Both the position numbers and the translations under genes were made by a program. Below, in pieces: positions 9,302 to 19,780 of a stretch of 64,000 nt of DNA. The stretch's first letter is position 1. Every line of letters starts with the position of its first letter. Source of the DNA: an uncultured bacterium (GTDB taxonomy: Bacteria > Patescibacteriota > Minisyncoccia > UBA6257 > 2-01-FULL-56-20); assembly GCA_963807165.1 (NCBI GenBank), contig CAWDZM010000001.1, positions 507,590 through 571,589 on the forward strand, read 5' to 3'. Below the pieces are notes generated by a model, which made no database searches, was not told the DNA's origin, and saw nothing but the letters and a program-made list of their open reading frames with translations.

Positions 9302-12300
9302 CTAAACCTTCCGTATCGCCACCCAAACACTCTCCCCTTCTAGTTTGGTTATTTCCTCTGCAATAAATTTTTCCGAACGGCCAAATTCTATCACCGTCGC
9401 GCCGATATCCGCCAAGAACGATTTCTCATTCCTATCAATCACTTGCATCGTTTTTTCCGGCAGCTCCATAAGCGCGACGATCTTATCCTTCGGCTCAAGC
9501 CCGGCCTTCTGACGAAGCTCTTGGAACATGCGCGCCACTTCGCGCACCAGGCCTTCCTCGCGCAAGGCGGGAGTGATGATCGTATCGAGCGCGGCTTCGC
9601 GATCAAGAGACTTATCGCATGCGATGTCTTTTACATTCACCTCGCTTTTTAATATCGCCATAAGACGCTCGTCGTGAAGCCAAGGATAATCATCGCGGAT
9701 TATTAATTTCGAAAGCGGTTGACGCACTTTTATCTTTGCCTCTGCACGAGCAGCAAGACCAAGACTCGCCAATTGACGAATTTCCGCCATCCCTTTCATA
9801 AGTATGATCCGTTCAGGTTCACTGAAGGTAAACTCTGTCTTCGGCCACGCCTCCAAGTGCACCGAACCGGCGCCATCGGCCGGAGCAAGCTCCAGATACA
9901 ATGCCTCCGCAAGGAGCGGCATGAACGGCGCGAGTACGCGGCTCGTCGTCAGAAGCGATGCCTGCATGGTCCGAAAAAATCCCACATCCTTTCGCTTGCG
10001 CGAACGGCGCAAGTACCACGTCGAAAGGTCATCCACATATCCCTGGATCGCGCGCGTGGCGCGAACGGTGTCATACGCATCGAGCGATCGCGTCACAATA
10101 TCCACGAGTTCTTCGGTTCGTGCCGTAATCCATTGATCGAGAATGTTCTTATCTCCAGCGGGAGTATTTTCACCCGCATCATACGCGCCACCACTCGCCA
10201 CCTCTCCTCGGTACGTCGCAAAATATTTATAGACATTCGTCAGCAACATTCCCACTTTGCGAGACACTCCCTCAACGCCCTTTTCAGAGAAGCTTAAATT
10301 ATCGGCCTGCATAACAACGGAATTCATAAGATAGAACCTGAGTGCATCTGCTCCATATTTATCGATGAGCAGTTTCGGATCGGGGAAATTTCCCTTCGAT
10401 TTACTCATCTTGGAGCCATCCTCGGCAAGGATCGTTCCTGTCGTCACTACATTCTCGAACGGCGCACGGCCGAACAAGATGTACGACACAACGTGAGACA
10501 GGTAAAACCACGCGCGCGTCTGTGCGATGTACTCCGCCACAAACTGCGCCGGAAAATGTTTTTTGAACTCATCCTTGTTCTCAAATGGGTAATGATACTC
10601 TGCGAACGGCATCGAACCCGCCTCAATCCACGAATCGAAGATCTCTGGCGTGCGGCGCATCACGCCGCCACACGTTGCACACGGGAATGTGATGTCGTCG
10701 ATGTACGGTCGGTGCAGGTCCGCCTCACCGCTATCGTTCCGTGGAATATGTTTTACGCCAAATTCAACCATCTCGGCAGGGCCAATAAACACGTTGTTAT
10801 TGTTCCATTTTTTATTTCCCGTTTCCTTTTCGCTCCACCCAAGCGCCGCCTGGGAAAGCATCCAAATTGTATCTTCATGGCTCACGATCAGAATATTTTT
10901 GCCATGATGTTTCGCTTCCATCTCGCGAAGAAAATCCCATCCACGCGTACGGACATCGCTCAGTGATTCGCTCTTTTCATCAACACGCCCGGTAAAACGA
11001 TTTTCCATCGGGAATAATATTCTATACTCCGCGAGAGGTTTGCCGGAAAAACTCCCGAGATTGATCTCCCTCAAACGCTCGTCGTAGTGGACGGATACCC
11101 CCAACTCCGCGGCAACGATCTCCGCAGATTCTTTTGTGCGCAAAAGATCGGACGCAAAGATCATATCGATCTTTTCCCCTTTTATTTTTTTTGCGGTATG
11201 CTCGACTTCTTTTTTACCCAGCGAGGTAAGCTTGCAATGCTGATCGCCAGAATCAATGATCCCGCGGGTAATATTCTCCGACTTCGCCATGGCGCATCGC
11301 AAAATAATTATTCTTCGAACCACCCGCCTTCTTTGAAAGCTCATCCATGCTTCCCACCGCCTCCACGCTTTCACAACCAGCGCACTTCCATACCGGCACC
11401 GGATTGCCCCAGTAGCGATTGCGTGAAATGTTCCAATCCGGTGCCGCCTCCACACTCTTCGCATACCGGCCATTCTTGAGATGCTCCGGGAACCAGTTGA
11501 TCTCCTTCTGGTTCGAATTGAGCAAGCCTTGCTTGATTTTTTGGATATTCACGAACCACGCCGGGAGTGCGTTATAGTAGAGCATCGTGCCGCAACGCCA
11601 GCAGTGTGGATAGGAATGGGTGATAGACTCTTTCCTGAAAAGTAATCTCTCCGGCGTGCGATTTTCCAGATCTTCGATCACTAGCTTGTCCGCCTTTTTG
11701 AAATATTGCCCGCGCAAAAATTCCGGCGCCTTGTCCGTGAAGATCCCCCGCTCGTCGAGTAGCGGGACGATCGGCAATCCATCGCGCACGCCGAGTGCGT
11801 AATCATCTTCGCCATGTACCGGCGCGATATGCACAATGCCCGTGCCATCCTCAGTATTCACAAAACTCGCACCATACACACGGTATGATTTTTCACTATC
11901 CATCGCCGCGACCTTATAAAGCGGCTCATATTGAATTCCTCTTAATTGGCTAACTGGATATTTATGTTTAGGAGGATCTTCAAAACCATATTCTTTTGCT
12001 CGATTAATAGCGAGAATAAATCCCTCACCAGCCCTTTCGTAAACTCCGTATTCTTCATCAAGATTTATGGCGAGAGCGACGTTACCAGGTAACGTCCACG
12101 GTGTGGTTGTCCACGCCAATAAGAATGTATTTTTGGGCAGGCCAAGCCCTTTCGTTTGCCCCTCAATGATTACCTTAAATTTTCCAATAGCCGACTCCTC
12201 CGTCACGTCTTTATAGCTGTTATCCATCGCGACCTCAAAGTTCGAAAGTGGCGTCTCGCAGCGCGGGCAGTACAATAACACTTTGCGACCTTCGTAGATG

Positions 12301-12845
12301 AGGTCTTTATCGAACATCTGCTTGAATCCCCACCACACGGATTCCATGAAGTCGGCGTCGAGTGTTTTGTACGAATCGTCAAAATCCACCCAGCGCGCGA
12401 TGCGGCGGATCGTCTGGCGCCATTCAGAAACGTAGGTGAACACCATGCTGCGGCACGTCTCGTTGAATTTCTTGATGCCAATCTCTTCGATCTGTTTTTT
12501 ACCGGAGATGCCAAGTTTGCGCTCCACAACCTCTTCAATCGGTAGCCCATGGCAGTCCCATCCCCACCGGCGGCGCACGAAGCGGCCGTTCATTGTCTGA
12601 TAACGCGGCACAACGTCCTTTATGGTAGACGCAAGCAAGTGCCCGTAGTGCGGAAGTCCCGTGGCGAACGGTGGACCATCATAAAAAGTGAACGGTTCGC
12701 CGTCGGCAGTCTGTGCCAAACTCTTTTCAAAAATTTTGCGTTCGTCCCAAAACGCCAGCACTTTTTCTTCCATCTCGGGAATATTGATCTCGCCCTCAAG
12801 AAAATGCGGCATGTGATGCGATTCCTGCGAAGTTTCCTTAGCCAT
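9302..12845 (-). CDS. ileS: isoleucine--tRNA ligase (type 2) with an inserted histidine-phosphatase domain; frame disrupted at ~11282
   Basis: ORF 11253..12914 has PHYGHLL (HIGH) and the editing-domain motif TTTPWTLPGN. ORF 9302..11473 has KMSKS, DLHRPYIDD, CATCGG and the anticodon-binding region. The two are in different frames and overlap at 11253-11473. The true start is the ATG at 12843-12845 (MAKETSQ...). Confidence 0.8.
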
Positions 12846-12938
12846 TCCTATTAAAATAGCAGGTTTTGGGGGATTTTCAAAGAAAAAAATCCCGCGGGGC
12901 ATAGTGCGCCACACGGGTGTTGTGCGAAACTTCAGCTA

Positions 12939-13436
12939 CTAATAGGTATTCCTTATATCGAATGTTGCTATCGAGAGCAGCCGCGTAGGGATTGCGACCT
13001 CATCCACTTCAGTAAAGTGGTGTTTTTTTCGCTTGACGACCAAATATTCTTCCTTGCCATCAAACTCGAGACGCTCGAGAGCAGTGTAATTATTATTCAG
13101 CCGGAATCCGGATACCGCTACACGATTTTCTTTACCGGCCACAACCTCTCCCGGCAGACGAAAATCCTCTATGAGAAAATGTCCATTGTGAGCTTTCACC
13201 TCGGATTTGAAATGTATCCGATACGTTCCCTTCTCTGGATCAAAAACTCTCTCTCCTTTTTTTCTTTCCACAAAAAACCTCCGTTGGGAAATTTCCCGAA
13301 CCAATGAAATTTTACAAAACTCCCTAGATCTTTTCAAGCGTCCCGATTCCCAGCAGCCCCAATCCTTTTTGCAGAACATCAGCCGTAGTGGCGATGAGCA
13401 GTAATCGCGCGGCGCGGCGCGGCGCGGCGACCTCAT
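12939..13436 (-). CDS. hypothetical protein (5' end uncertain, overlaps argS 3' end)
   Basis: 165-aa ORF with no recognisable motif. The N-terminal ~37 codons overlap argS, so the real start is probably internal. Confidence 0.2.
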   Translation of the reverse strand: MRSPRRAAPRDYCSSPLRLMFCKKDWGCWESGRLKRSREFCKISLVREISQRRFFVERKKGERVFDPEKGTYRIHFKSEVKAHNGHFLIEDFRLPGEVVAGKENRVAVSGFRLNNNYTALERLEFDGKEEYLVVKRKKHHFTEVDEVAIPTRLLSIATFDIRNTY

Positions 13437-15042
13437 CCTTCAGGATCGGCATCGTCTCATAGAATTTGTTCGCCGCGACGGCGAGCTTATAGAGATAGGT
13501 CGCAATCGTGCTCGTGGAATAAAGCTCACCCGCGCGCGCAACGATATCCGGGAATTCAAACAACTTGCGCACGAGCGCGAGCTCGGTCGTGTGGTCGAGC
13601 GAAGAAACATCCGCCCTTGGATCCGGAACTTTTGACTTTGGATATGCACTTTTTGATTTCCGTAAAATACTCCTTAACCGCGCGTAGGTATACTGCAGAT
13701 ACGGCGCGCTGTCGCCGGAGAAGTCCAACATCTTCTCCCAATTGAAAACAATATCCGTCGTGCGATTCTCTTTAAGGTCGTTATACTTCAACGCGCCAAG
13801 CGCGATCACGAATGCAATTTCGTGCTTTTCTTTTACCGAAAGATCCGGGTTTTTAACTTCTACGACCTCGCGTGCTTTGGAAACCGCCTCGTCGATCACC
13901 TCTTTTAAGCTCTGCGCGGTCCCCGCGCGCGTGGAAAGCTTCTTGCCGCCTGCGCCAAGAACCAGGCCATACTTAATATGCGTAAGCTCCGCCGCATCCA
14001 TCCCCAGCATATGCGCAACAGCGAACAGCTGCTCAAAATGCAGCGCTTGCTCGTTTCCCACCACATATAATATCTTTTCCGGCTTATATTTTTTGAGCCG
14101 ATAGCGGAGGTTCGCAATATCGCGCGTAAGATAGATACTCGCGCCGTCGGATTTTTCGATGAGCGCCGGCGGTAACCCCACGGCATCAAGCTTCACCACC
14201 ACCGCGCCCTCACTCCGCTCCGCGATCTTTTTTGAAAGAAGATCGTGTACGATCGGCTTCATTTCTTTTTCAAAAAAATTCTCGCCGAGCCATACGTCAA
14301 AATCCACCCCCAGTGTTTTATATGCCTGTTCAAATTCCTTCAACGATTCTTTTTTGAACCACTCCCAAAGTTTTCTATTTGCGCGATCGCCATCCTCCAG
14401 TTTTTTGAATTCCTCCTGGCCACGCTTTTCGAGCGCGGGATCAGCCTTTACTTCTTCGTGAAAGCGCACATAGAGCGCCTGCAATGTTTCGATCGGATTT
14501 TTCTCAACGCTCCGTGTATCACCCCATAATTTATATGCCGCGATGAGCTTTCCGAACTGCGTCCCCCAGTCGCCAAGATAATTCCACCGCACCACGCGAT
14601 AGCCGGAATATTCCAAAATATTTCCCAGCGCGGCGCCGATGATCGTGTTGCGCAAATGTCCCACCTGCATCGCCTTTGCAATGTTCGGCGATGAATATTC
14701 CACGATCACCGTCTTCCCCTTTCCGCCAATGCTCCTTCCATATTTCTTATCCCGCGCGATCGCGGCGAACTCATTTTGCATCGTCGCATCACTCAGCCAA
14801 AAATTAATAAAGCCCGGCGCGGCAGCCTCCACTTTTTGAAAAAAATCCGCCGGCGCCTCGGCCGCGATCCGCGCGGCATACTCCTTGGCGAGCTCGAGCG
14901 GCGGGACGCCTTTTACCTTAGCCGCGCGCAACGCAAAGTTCGTCGAGTAGTGTCCGAACAGTTCCTCGTCAGGAACAGAAATATCGATCGCCGCATCCGC
15001 GCCGAAGATCTTTTTCAGTATGCTTATTATTTCTTTATGCAT
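13324..15042 (-). CDS. argS: arginine--tRNA ligase
   Basis: HVGHLRNTIIGAALGNIL (HIGH-type) and LSTRAGTAQSL (ArgRS MSTR-type) motifs. Likely start is the ATG at 15040-15042 (MHKEIISILKKIFG); the longer ORF extension looks spurious. Confidence 0.85.
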   Translation of the reverse strand: MHKEIISILKKIFGADAAIDISVPDEELFGHYSTNFALRAAKVKGVPPLELAKEYAARIAAEAPADFFQKVEAAAPGFINFWLSDATMQNEFAAIARDKKYGRSIGGKGKTVIVEYSSPNIAKAMQVGHLRNTIIGAALGNILEYSGYRVVRWNYLGDWGTQFGKLIAAYKLWGDTRSVEKNPIETLQALYVRFHEEVKADPALEKRGQEEFKKLEDGDRANRKLWEWFKKESLKEFEQAYKTLGVDFDVWLGENFFEKEMKPIVHDLLSKKIAERSEGAVVVKLDAVGLPPALIEKSDGASIYLTRDIANLRYRLKKYKPEKILYVVGNEQALHFEQLFAVAHMLGMDAAELTHIKYGLVLGAGGKKLSTRAGTAQSLKEVIDEAVSKAREVVEVKNPDLSVKEKHEIAFVIALGALKYNDLKENRTTDIVFNWEKMLDFSGDSAPYLQYTYARLRSILRKSKSAYPKSKVPDPRADVSSLDHTTELALVRKLFEFPDIVARAGELYSTSTIATYLYKLAVAANKFYETMPILKDEVAAPRRAARLLLIATTADVLQKGLGLLGIGTLEKI

Positions 15043-15075
15043 TGACAAAATAGAGAGATAAGTGGCATTATGCAA

Positions 15076-15295
15076 GCGCGAGGAGGCGGAGTCATCGCGG
15101 CCTTGGGTGCCGGACGGGGCACGCCAGCGGCCAACGGGAGACTCCTGTGAGTACATGGATCCCTTCTTTCTGAAGGTAAAGCCGACCAGGACAACTCCCC
15201 TGCGAACCTCGCCCCCTCGCGCGTATTGTTCTTTTACATATAATACCACAGCTACTACAGGCCCTGCGCAATTTCGCGCAGGGCCCATTTCTTTA
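15076..15295 (+). ncRNA. candidate structured ncRNA of ~210 nt (identity undetermined: 6S RNA, SRP RNA, or other)
   Basis: Upstream TTGACA-N18-CATTAT at about 15044-15073. GC-rich region whose 5' cgcgagg pairs with 3' cctcgcg, with several internal hairpins. It ends in the strong terminator caggccctgcgc-aatt-tcgcgcagggccc plus a T-run at about 15257-15295. There is no credible CDS. Confidence 0.25.
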
Positions 15296-15330
15296 ATCAA
15301 TTTTTAACACAACTAAGGTAGAATGAATCA

Positions 15331-15777
15331 ATGGACACAAGGACGAACACCATAGCGGAAAATCGCCGGGCGCGCTTCGATTACGAAATAGCACAAACGT
15401 ACGAGGCGGGCATAGAGCTCCAGGGGCACGAAGTGAAGAGCGCGAAAGGCGGCCGGCTTCAGATCGCCGGCGCGCATGTGCTCATCCGCGGCGGCGAGGC
15501 ATGGCTCGTCAATTCGCAGATCCCGCCCTACCAAGCCGGCAACACGCCGAGTGATTACGAGGCCGACCGTGTGCGGCGCCTCTTGTTATCAAAAGATGAA
15601 ATAAAAGAATTGCAGGGCGCGCTCGTAAATAAGTCCCTGCACCTAATCCCACTCCGCGCGTACCTCAAGCATGGATTTATAAAACTTGAACTCGGCATCG
15701 GCCGCACACGGAACAAATCCGACAAGCGCGAAGCGATCAAAAAACGCGCGCACCAGAGAGAGATACGCGAAGATTGA
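15331..15777 (+). CDS. smpB: SsrA-binding protein SmpB
   Basis: 148 aa with ENRRARFDYEI...GHEVKS, the typical SmpB N-terminus. Stop codon is TGA. Confidence 0.85.
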   Translation: MDTRTNTIAENRRARFDYEIAQTYEAGIELQGHEVKSAKGGRLQIAGAHVLIRGGEAWLVNSQIPPYQAGNTPSDYEADRVRRLLLSKDEIKELQGALVNKSLHLIPLRAYLKHGFIKLELGIGRTRNKSDKREAIKKRAHQREIRED

Positions 15778-15819
15778 CGGAGATATAATTTTGATTTATA
15801 AGTAGGGCAGGAGGAAAAC

Positions 15820-16194
15820 ATGGGTCACGTCTTATGCCGCATCAAGGAAGAAAGATTGGCACGATTTGTTGGGCCAAAGTTTCTCGTGCTCTGCGAGGTT
15901 TGGAACGCGCTACCACCCGAGGTGACGCTCTACGGCAAAAAAAGAGAGAATGGCGCCTTGTGCCTAGAGAGGGAAATAGAGGGCGAACCAACTTATATCT
16001 ATATTCCCCCGGATACCGCAGAAACGCTTGAGAAGCGGCCACTGCTTCGGGTATTTACTCACCCATTTCACCGAGGAATCTTCGTCTTCTGGGCAGAGGC
16101 AATGCCCGAAGGCACTTCGCCGGAAGATCTCGCTGTCGAGGTTATGATCTTCAACAACCAACAAATGACAACAGCAAAGAAAAAACCCAAATAG
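15820..16194 (+). CDS. hypothetical protein
   Basis: 124-aa ORF followed by a strong terminator. No motif recognised. Confidence 0.3.
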   Translation: MGHVLCRIKEERLARFVGPKFLVLCEVWNALPPEVTLYGKKRENGALCLEREIEGEPTYIYIPPDTAETLEKRPLLRVFTHPFHRGIFVFWAEAMPEGTSPEDLAVEVMIFNNQQMTTAKKKPK

Positions 16195-16210
16195 TAATCA
16201 TATCCTCCAA

Positions 16211-16240
16211 TCCGCGGAAGAAATTCCGCGGATTTTTTTA
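16211..16240. terminator. bidirectional intrinsic terminator
   Basis: tccgcggaa-gaaa-ttccgcgga 9-bp stem with a GAAA loop plus T-run, between convergent genes. Confidence 0.6.
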
Positions 16241-16975
16241 TTGGCTTGAAGACGACGCCACCGCTGCGCTGAGTGTTGCCTCAAAATTGGAGAGGCTCGT
16301 CGGATTCGGGATCTGCGCAAGGTTGATAAAGAACGTCGGCGTGTGATCAATCTGCGCAGCATTGCCGCCCGTAACATCGTTCTGGATCTTCTGCGTCACC
16401 GAGGTGGCATTCATATCATTATTAAACGTATTCACGTCGAGGCCGAGAGATTGCGCATACCCATCAAAGTATTGCTTGGTCACCTGTGCGGGGGTCAGGC
16501 TGTCGTTCATAGACCATTGCGTCTGGTCAGTGTAGAGCAAGTCATGCATCGCCCAATATTTTGTCGCACCACCCTCCAGCCCTGCCGCTTCCGCCGCCTG
16601 CGCGCCGATCCCCGCAAACGGATGGATGGTATAGAGCGGGAAATTGCGGAACACAAAGAGTACGGTACTGCTATAGTTCTGCACAAGCTGTTGGACGAGC
16701 GGGAAATATTCGCCACACGCCGGGCACTCAAAGTCTCCGTACTCGATGAGCGAGACCTTCGCGTTCGGGTTGCCTTCCGTCCAATCCGCGGATGTGATCG
16801 CCGGTGCCATCGTCGCAACGAAGGTGCTGCTCGCAGTGTCGGACGAAGTCCCACTCGAGTACGCGCCCGCGGCGATCACCACGGCCGTGACGAGAACAAG
16901 AAAGCCCACGATGAACCAGACCGTTGCTTTGTTCGCCTGGCCGCTGTTATTGTTCATTCCAATATTATTTTTCAT
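16238..16975 (-). CDS. membrane-anchored DsbA-like thiol:disulfide oxidoreductase (thioredoxin fold)
   Basis: N-terminal TM helix; DFECPACGEY contains the CxxC active site. Confidence 0.55.
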   Translation of the reverse strand: MKNNIGMNNNSGQANKATVWFIVGFLVLVTAVVIAAGAYSSGTSSDTASSTFVATMAPAITSADWTEGNPNAKVSLIEYGDFECPACGEYFPLVQQLVQNYSSTVLFVFRNFPLYTIHPFAGIGAQAAEAAGLEGGATKYWAMHDLLYTDQTQWSMNDSLTPAQVTKQYFDGYAQSLGLDVNTFNNDMNATSVTQKIQNDVTGGNAAQIDHTPTFFINLAQIPNPTSLSNFEATLSAAVASSSSQ

Positions 16976-17000
16976 TGTCCTATTATCTTACATTGTTTTA

Positions 17001-17041
17001 AAAAAAAGTCATTAAAAGAAAAAGGGGCTTCCAATAATGCT
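17001..17041 (-). terminator. intrinsic terminator downstream of the PLP-enzyme gene
   Basis: ggggcttccaa-taatgc-ttggaagcccc 11-bp stem; a T-run follows on the minus strand. Confidence 0.5.
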
Positions 17042-17069
17042 TGGAAGCCCCAGTTACGTTCGAGAGTTA

Positions 17070-18137
17070 TTACATATCCTTGGGGTCAAGGATAGTACTA
17101 AGTTGAGGAAGGTAGAGGTCAAGGAGATCAGCGGAAATCCCTACAAAAACCCGCTCGCCATCCTTATTGGCAATCTTCCGCCATGTCACGAGATCCCCCT
17201 CCGCTATCTTTTCTAAGGCCCTGAATGTCCCCTCGACGACACCGCCCGTAGTAAGGCCAACTTTCAATCCGACGTCGCTGAGCAACTGCACAGCACGTTG
17301 ATACGACGGATATCTTTCAACCTCATAATGAGCGTAGCCGTATTTATGAAACAAGGGAACTTGATCTGGGCTAAGGCGACTTAGTGAACGCATGCCGGGA
17401 AGAGGGTTTCCTTCCGCGCAGATCACGCCAACCGGAATAGCATCGGAATGGTGCTTATCGAGGGAACTGACCACGGCATTTCCCGTTCCAGACGTACCTA
17501 CAGCAAAGGCTATCCCACTGAGGCCGATTCCCAACGCCTGCGCCTGTCGCCAGATCTGAGCAACGGTCACTTCCTCATGGCCATCCGAGTTCGTTTCGTC
17601 CAAATACTGATCGAAAACGAGATGGTTAAGGAGATCCCCCATGGCACGCGCGATATCAGGGCCGGTCTTCCCCGGAACTTCTTCGCTTAGTATCACAGGC
17701 TTCCGATTGGCAAGTTCGACGAGCATGCGCTTGAACATCGGCGCGTCTTTCGGCATGATCACTTCCACTTGCACGCCAAAACGACGACCGATAACCACGA
17801 ACGGAAGCGCTGCACCGCCCGAAGATGCGATGACGCACACGGTCCGTTTAGTCAGCTTCCCTTGCCGTTTCTGCACCATGTACCAATGGTAAACGGCCGC
17901 CAATTTCAGCGTGTTCATCGGCCATTCACTCGTCATTTTGAGGAATATCCTTACCTTATCCTTCTTTTTAAGAGAGGAGTTGGCGAGGATAAAAGATTGT
18001 GGCAATTCAACGAGCGACGCAGGAGCGTGCTTTGCGGGATCAAGATAATCCAACATTGCATTCGGTCCCGCAAAGATATTGAGATTGTGAACATCCTTTT
18101 TCATATTTACATTGCCTCCTGGTCTTGCTGTTTGCAT
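17070..18137 (-). CDS. PLP-dependent enzyme, tryptophan-synthase-beta/cysteine-synthase fold (type II)
   Basis: GTSGTGNAV glycine-rich PLP phosphate-binding loop. Overall length fits the cysteine synthase/CBS-like family. Specific reaction unknown. Confidence 0.45.
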   Translation of the reverse strand: MQTARPGGNVNMKKDVHNLNIFAGPNAMLDYLDPAKHAPASLVELPQSFILANSSLKKKDKVRIFLKMTSEWPMNTLKLAAVYHWYMVQKRQGKLTKRTVCVIASSGGAALPFVVIGRRFGVQVEVIMPKDAPMFKRMLVELANRKPVILSEEVPGKTGPDIARAMGDLLNHLVFDQYLDETNSDGHEEVTVAQIWRQAQALGIGLSGIAFAVGTSGTGNAVVSSLDKHHSDAIPVGVICAEGNPLPGMRSLSRLSPDQVPLFHKYGYAHYEVERYPSYQRAVQLLSDVGLKVGLTTGGVVEGTFRALEKIAEGDLVTWRKIANKDGERVFVGISADLLDLYLPQLSTILDPKDM

Positions 18138-18160
18138 TCTCCATCAGACCACGCATCACG

Positions 18161-19207
18161 TCAAGCTTTCCGCACGATCGCGAACGGCGTCATCTCGTCG
18201 GACTGGCCGAGCGGATTGTCGCGGAATAATTTTCCTATAAATGCCTCACTAAATGAACGCGTGGATTTGCCGAGAGAAAACGCACCGCGATAGTTCGCAT
18301 CGAGGATAACAACCTCCGCGCCGATATTTTTTTTGAAGCGCCGTGCCTCCCCGCTCGGATCATTGGGCGCAAGTTTTGCCGAATGCGCATATTCGAGGAT
18401 AAGGAATGACATCGGGCAATCGATAGATTTCGCGCGCTTGCCGCAGATTCGATAGAACATGCCGCGGATGCCGAACGGCCGCGTGATGGCCGATACGGCC
18501 GCGGCAAAAAACACGCGTGGATATCCGGCTTCCTCTATAAAGAGCTGCATCGCGAGCGCAGTGCCATGGCCAAATCCGTGGAACGCGGCGGATCCGAAAC
18601 CCACACCAACATTCCGTGCAAGGAAGCGCGCGAGCGGTGTCGGTTTGATATCGCCCATATCAACGACGCGGCCCTGCGTGACGGTGAGCGCCTTCTCGCT
18701 CACAAAAAGAATATCGCCGGGCTGGAGATACGGCTTGGCATATGCTTCGATGATCGGTAAAAGATCAGTATCCTTTAAAGTGATGAGACGCGTGCGCACT
18801 GGTAACCGCTCGTAGGTAACGCCATCAACGTCGATCGCGATCTGCTTGCCCGGATTCGCGATGAATTCACCGGAAGGTTTGCGCGCGGCGGCGGCACCGC
18901 CAGCCGCGTTCGCCGAAGCATCAGAAAATACCACCTTCTCCCCACGGAACAGTGCAAATAATACTTCGATCGCTTTACGAATCATGGCACGATCCTCGTG
19001 CGCCGCCCCGCGGGAACGTAAAAGTTCGGTCACTTCCATATAAAGGATGTGCGCCTCATCAATTGCCTCCTCTTTAAACATCACCTCAACGGGCGAGGCG
19101 CCGTCCGAAACGGCGCGCACCACCACCGAACCATCCCCGTGCGGTGTATACGCGATCTCGAATCCCGTCTGGCTCTTCATCTCCAAATAGGTTTGCGGAT
19201 ATTCCAT
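18161..19207 (-). CDS. CofE-like (F420-0:gamma-glutamyl ligase family) protein, tentative
   Basis: The C-terminal half weakly resembles the CofE/F420-ligase fold by recalled pattern. Low certainty. Confidence 0.3.
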   Translation of the reverse strand: MEYPQTYLEMKSQTGFEIAYTPHGDGSVVVRAVSDGASPVEVMFKEEAIDEAHILYMEVTELLRSRGAAHEDRAMIRKAIEVLFALFRGEKVVFSDASANAAGGAAAARKPSGEFIANPGKQIAIDVDGVTYERLPVRTRLITLKDTDLLPIIEAYAKPYLQPGDILFVSEKALTVTQGRVVDMGDIKPTPLARFLARNVGVGFGSAAFHGFGHGTALAMQLFIEEAGYPRVFFAAAVSAITRPFGIRGMFYRICGKRAKSIDCPMSFLILEYAHSAKLAPNDPSGEARRFKKNIGAEVVILDANYRGAFSLGKSTRSFSEAFIGKLFRDNPLGQSDEMTPFAIVRKA

Positions 19208-19315
19208 ATATATAAATGTTATTCTTATTATTATATATTATACGCCGAAACGATATATTTGCGTTTATTGAAAATTTATGTTATAAGATAATCAGTATTA
19301 AAAACCAAAAGGAGT

Positions 19316-19717
19316 GTGAAAGAAATGCTTATTGAAGCCTGCATAGCAAAGATCCATCGCGCGACAGTGACCCAAGCCGACCTGAACTACGTCGGCTCAA
19401 TTACTATCGACCAGGATATCCTCGACGCGGCGGGAATGATGCCCTTCCAGTACGTCAACATCACGAATGTTTCGAATGCCGTCTTCTGGCGTACATACAT
19501 CATGGCGGGCGAACGCGGCAAAGGCGACATCTGCCTCAACGGTCCGCCGGCGCGCCTCTTCCAGCCAGGCGACAAGATCATCGTCCTCGCCGAAGTATGG
19601 CTCGAACCATCCGAGATGAAAGATCTGGATCCTATCGTCGTGTTCGTGGATGACAAGAATAAGGTGACCGAGGTTAAGCATCACAAGATGATCCCGCCCG
19701 GGACTTCCCACTCGTAA
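19316..19717 (+). CDS. panD: aspartate 1-decarboxylase
   Basis: MLIEACIAKIHRATVTQADLNYVGSITID with the G-S self-cleavage site; 133 aa. Confidence 0.85.
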   Translation: MKEMLIEACIAKIHRATVTQADLNYVGSITIDQDILDAAGMMPFQYVNITNVSNAVFWRTYIMAGERGKGDICLNGPPARLFQPGDKIIVLAEVWLEPSEMKDLDPIVVFVDDKNKVTEVKHHKMIPPGTSHS

Positions 19718-19735
19718 CTTTATATCGTTTTCCCC

Positions 19736-19765
19736 AAAGCCCCGCCAACCAGCGGGGCTTTTTTA
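19736..19765 (+). terminator. intrinsic terminator after panD
   Basis: gccccgc-caacca-gcggggc followed by tttttt. Confidence 0.65.
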
Positions 19766-19780
19766 CGGTATCATTAGTGC

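Noticed and set aside
12852-12938. Possible T-box or attenuator leader upstream of ileS (CCCGCGGG palindrome plus U-run).
   Set aside because: The leader is under 90 nt, far too short for a T-box riboswitch. It is more likely the terminator of the upstream gene or read-through.
15062-15307. 81-aa ORF between argS and smpB.
   Set aside because: No RBS. It runs through a strong intrinsic terminator hairpin and is better explained as part of a structured RNA region.
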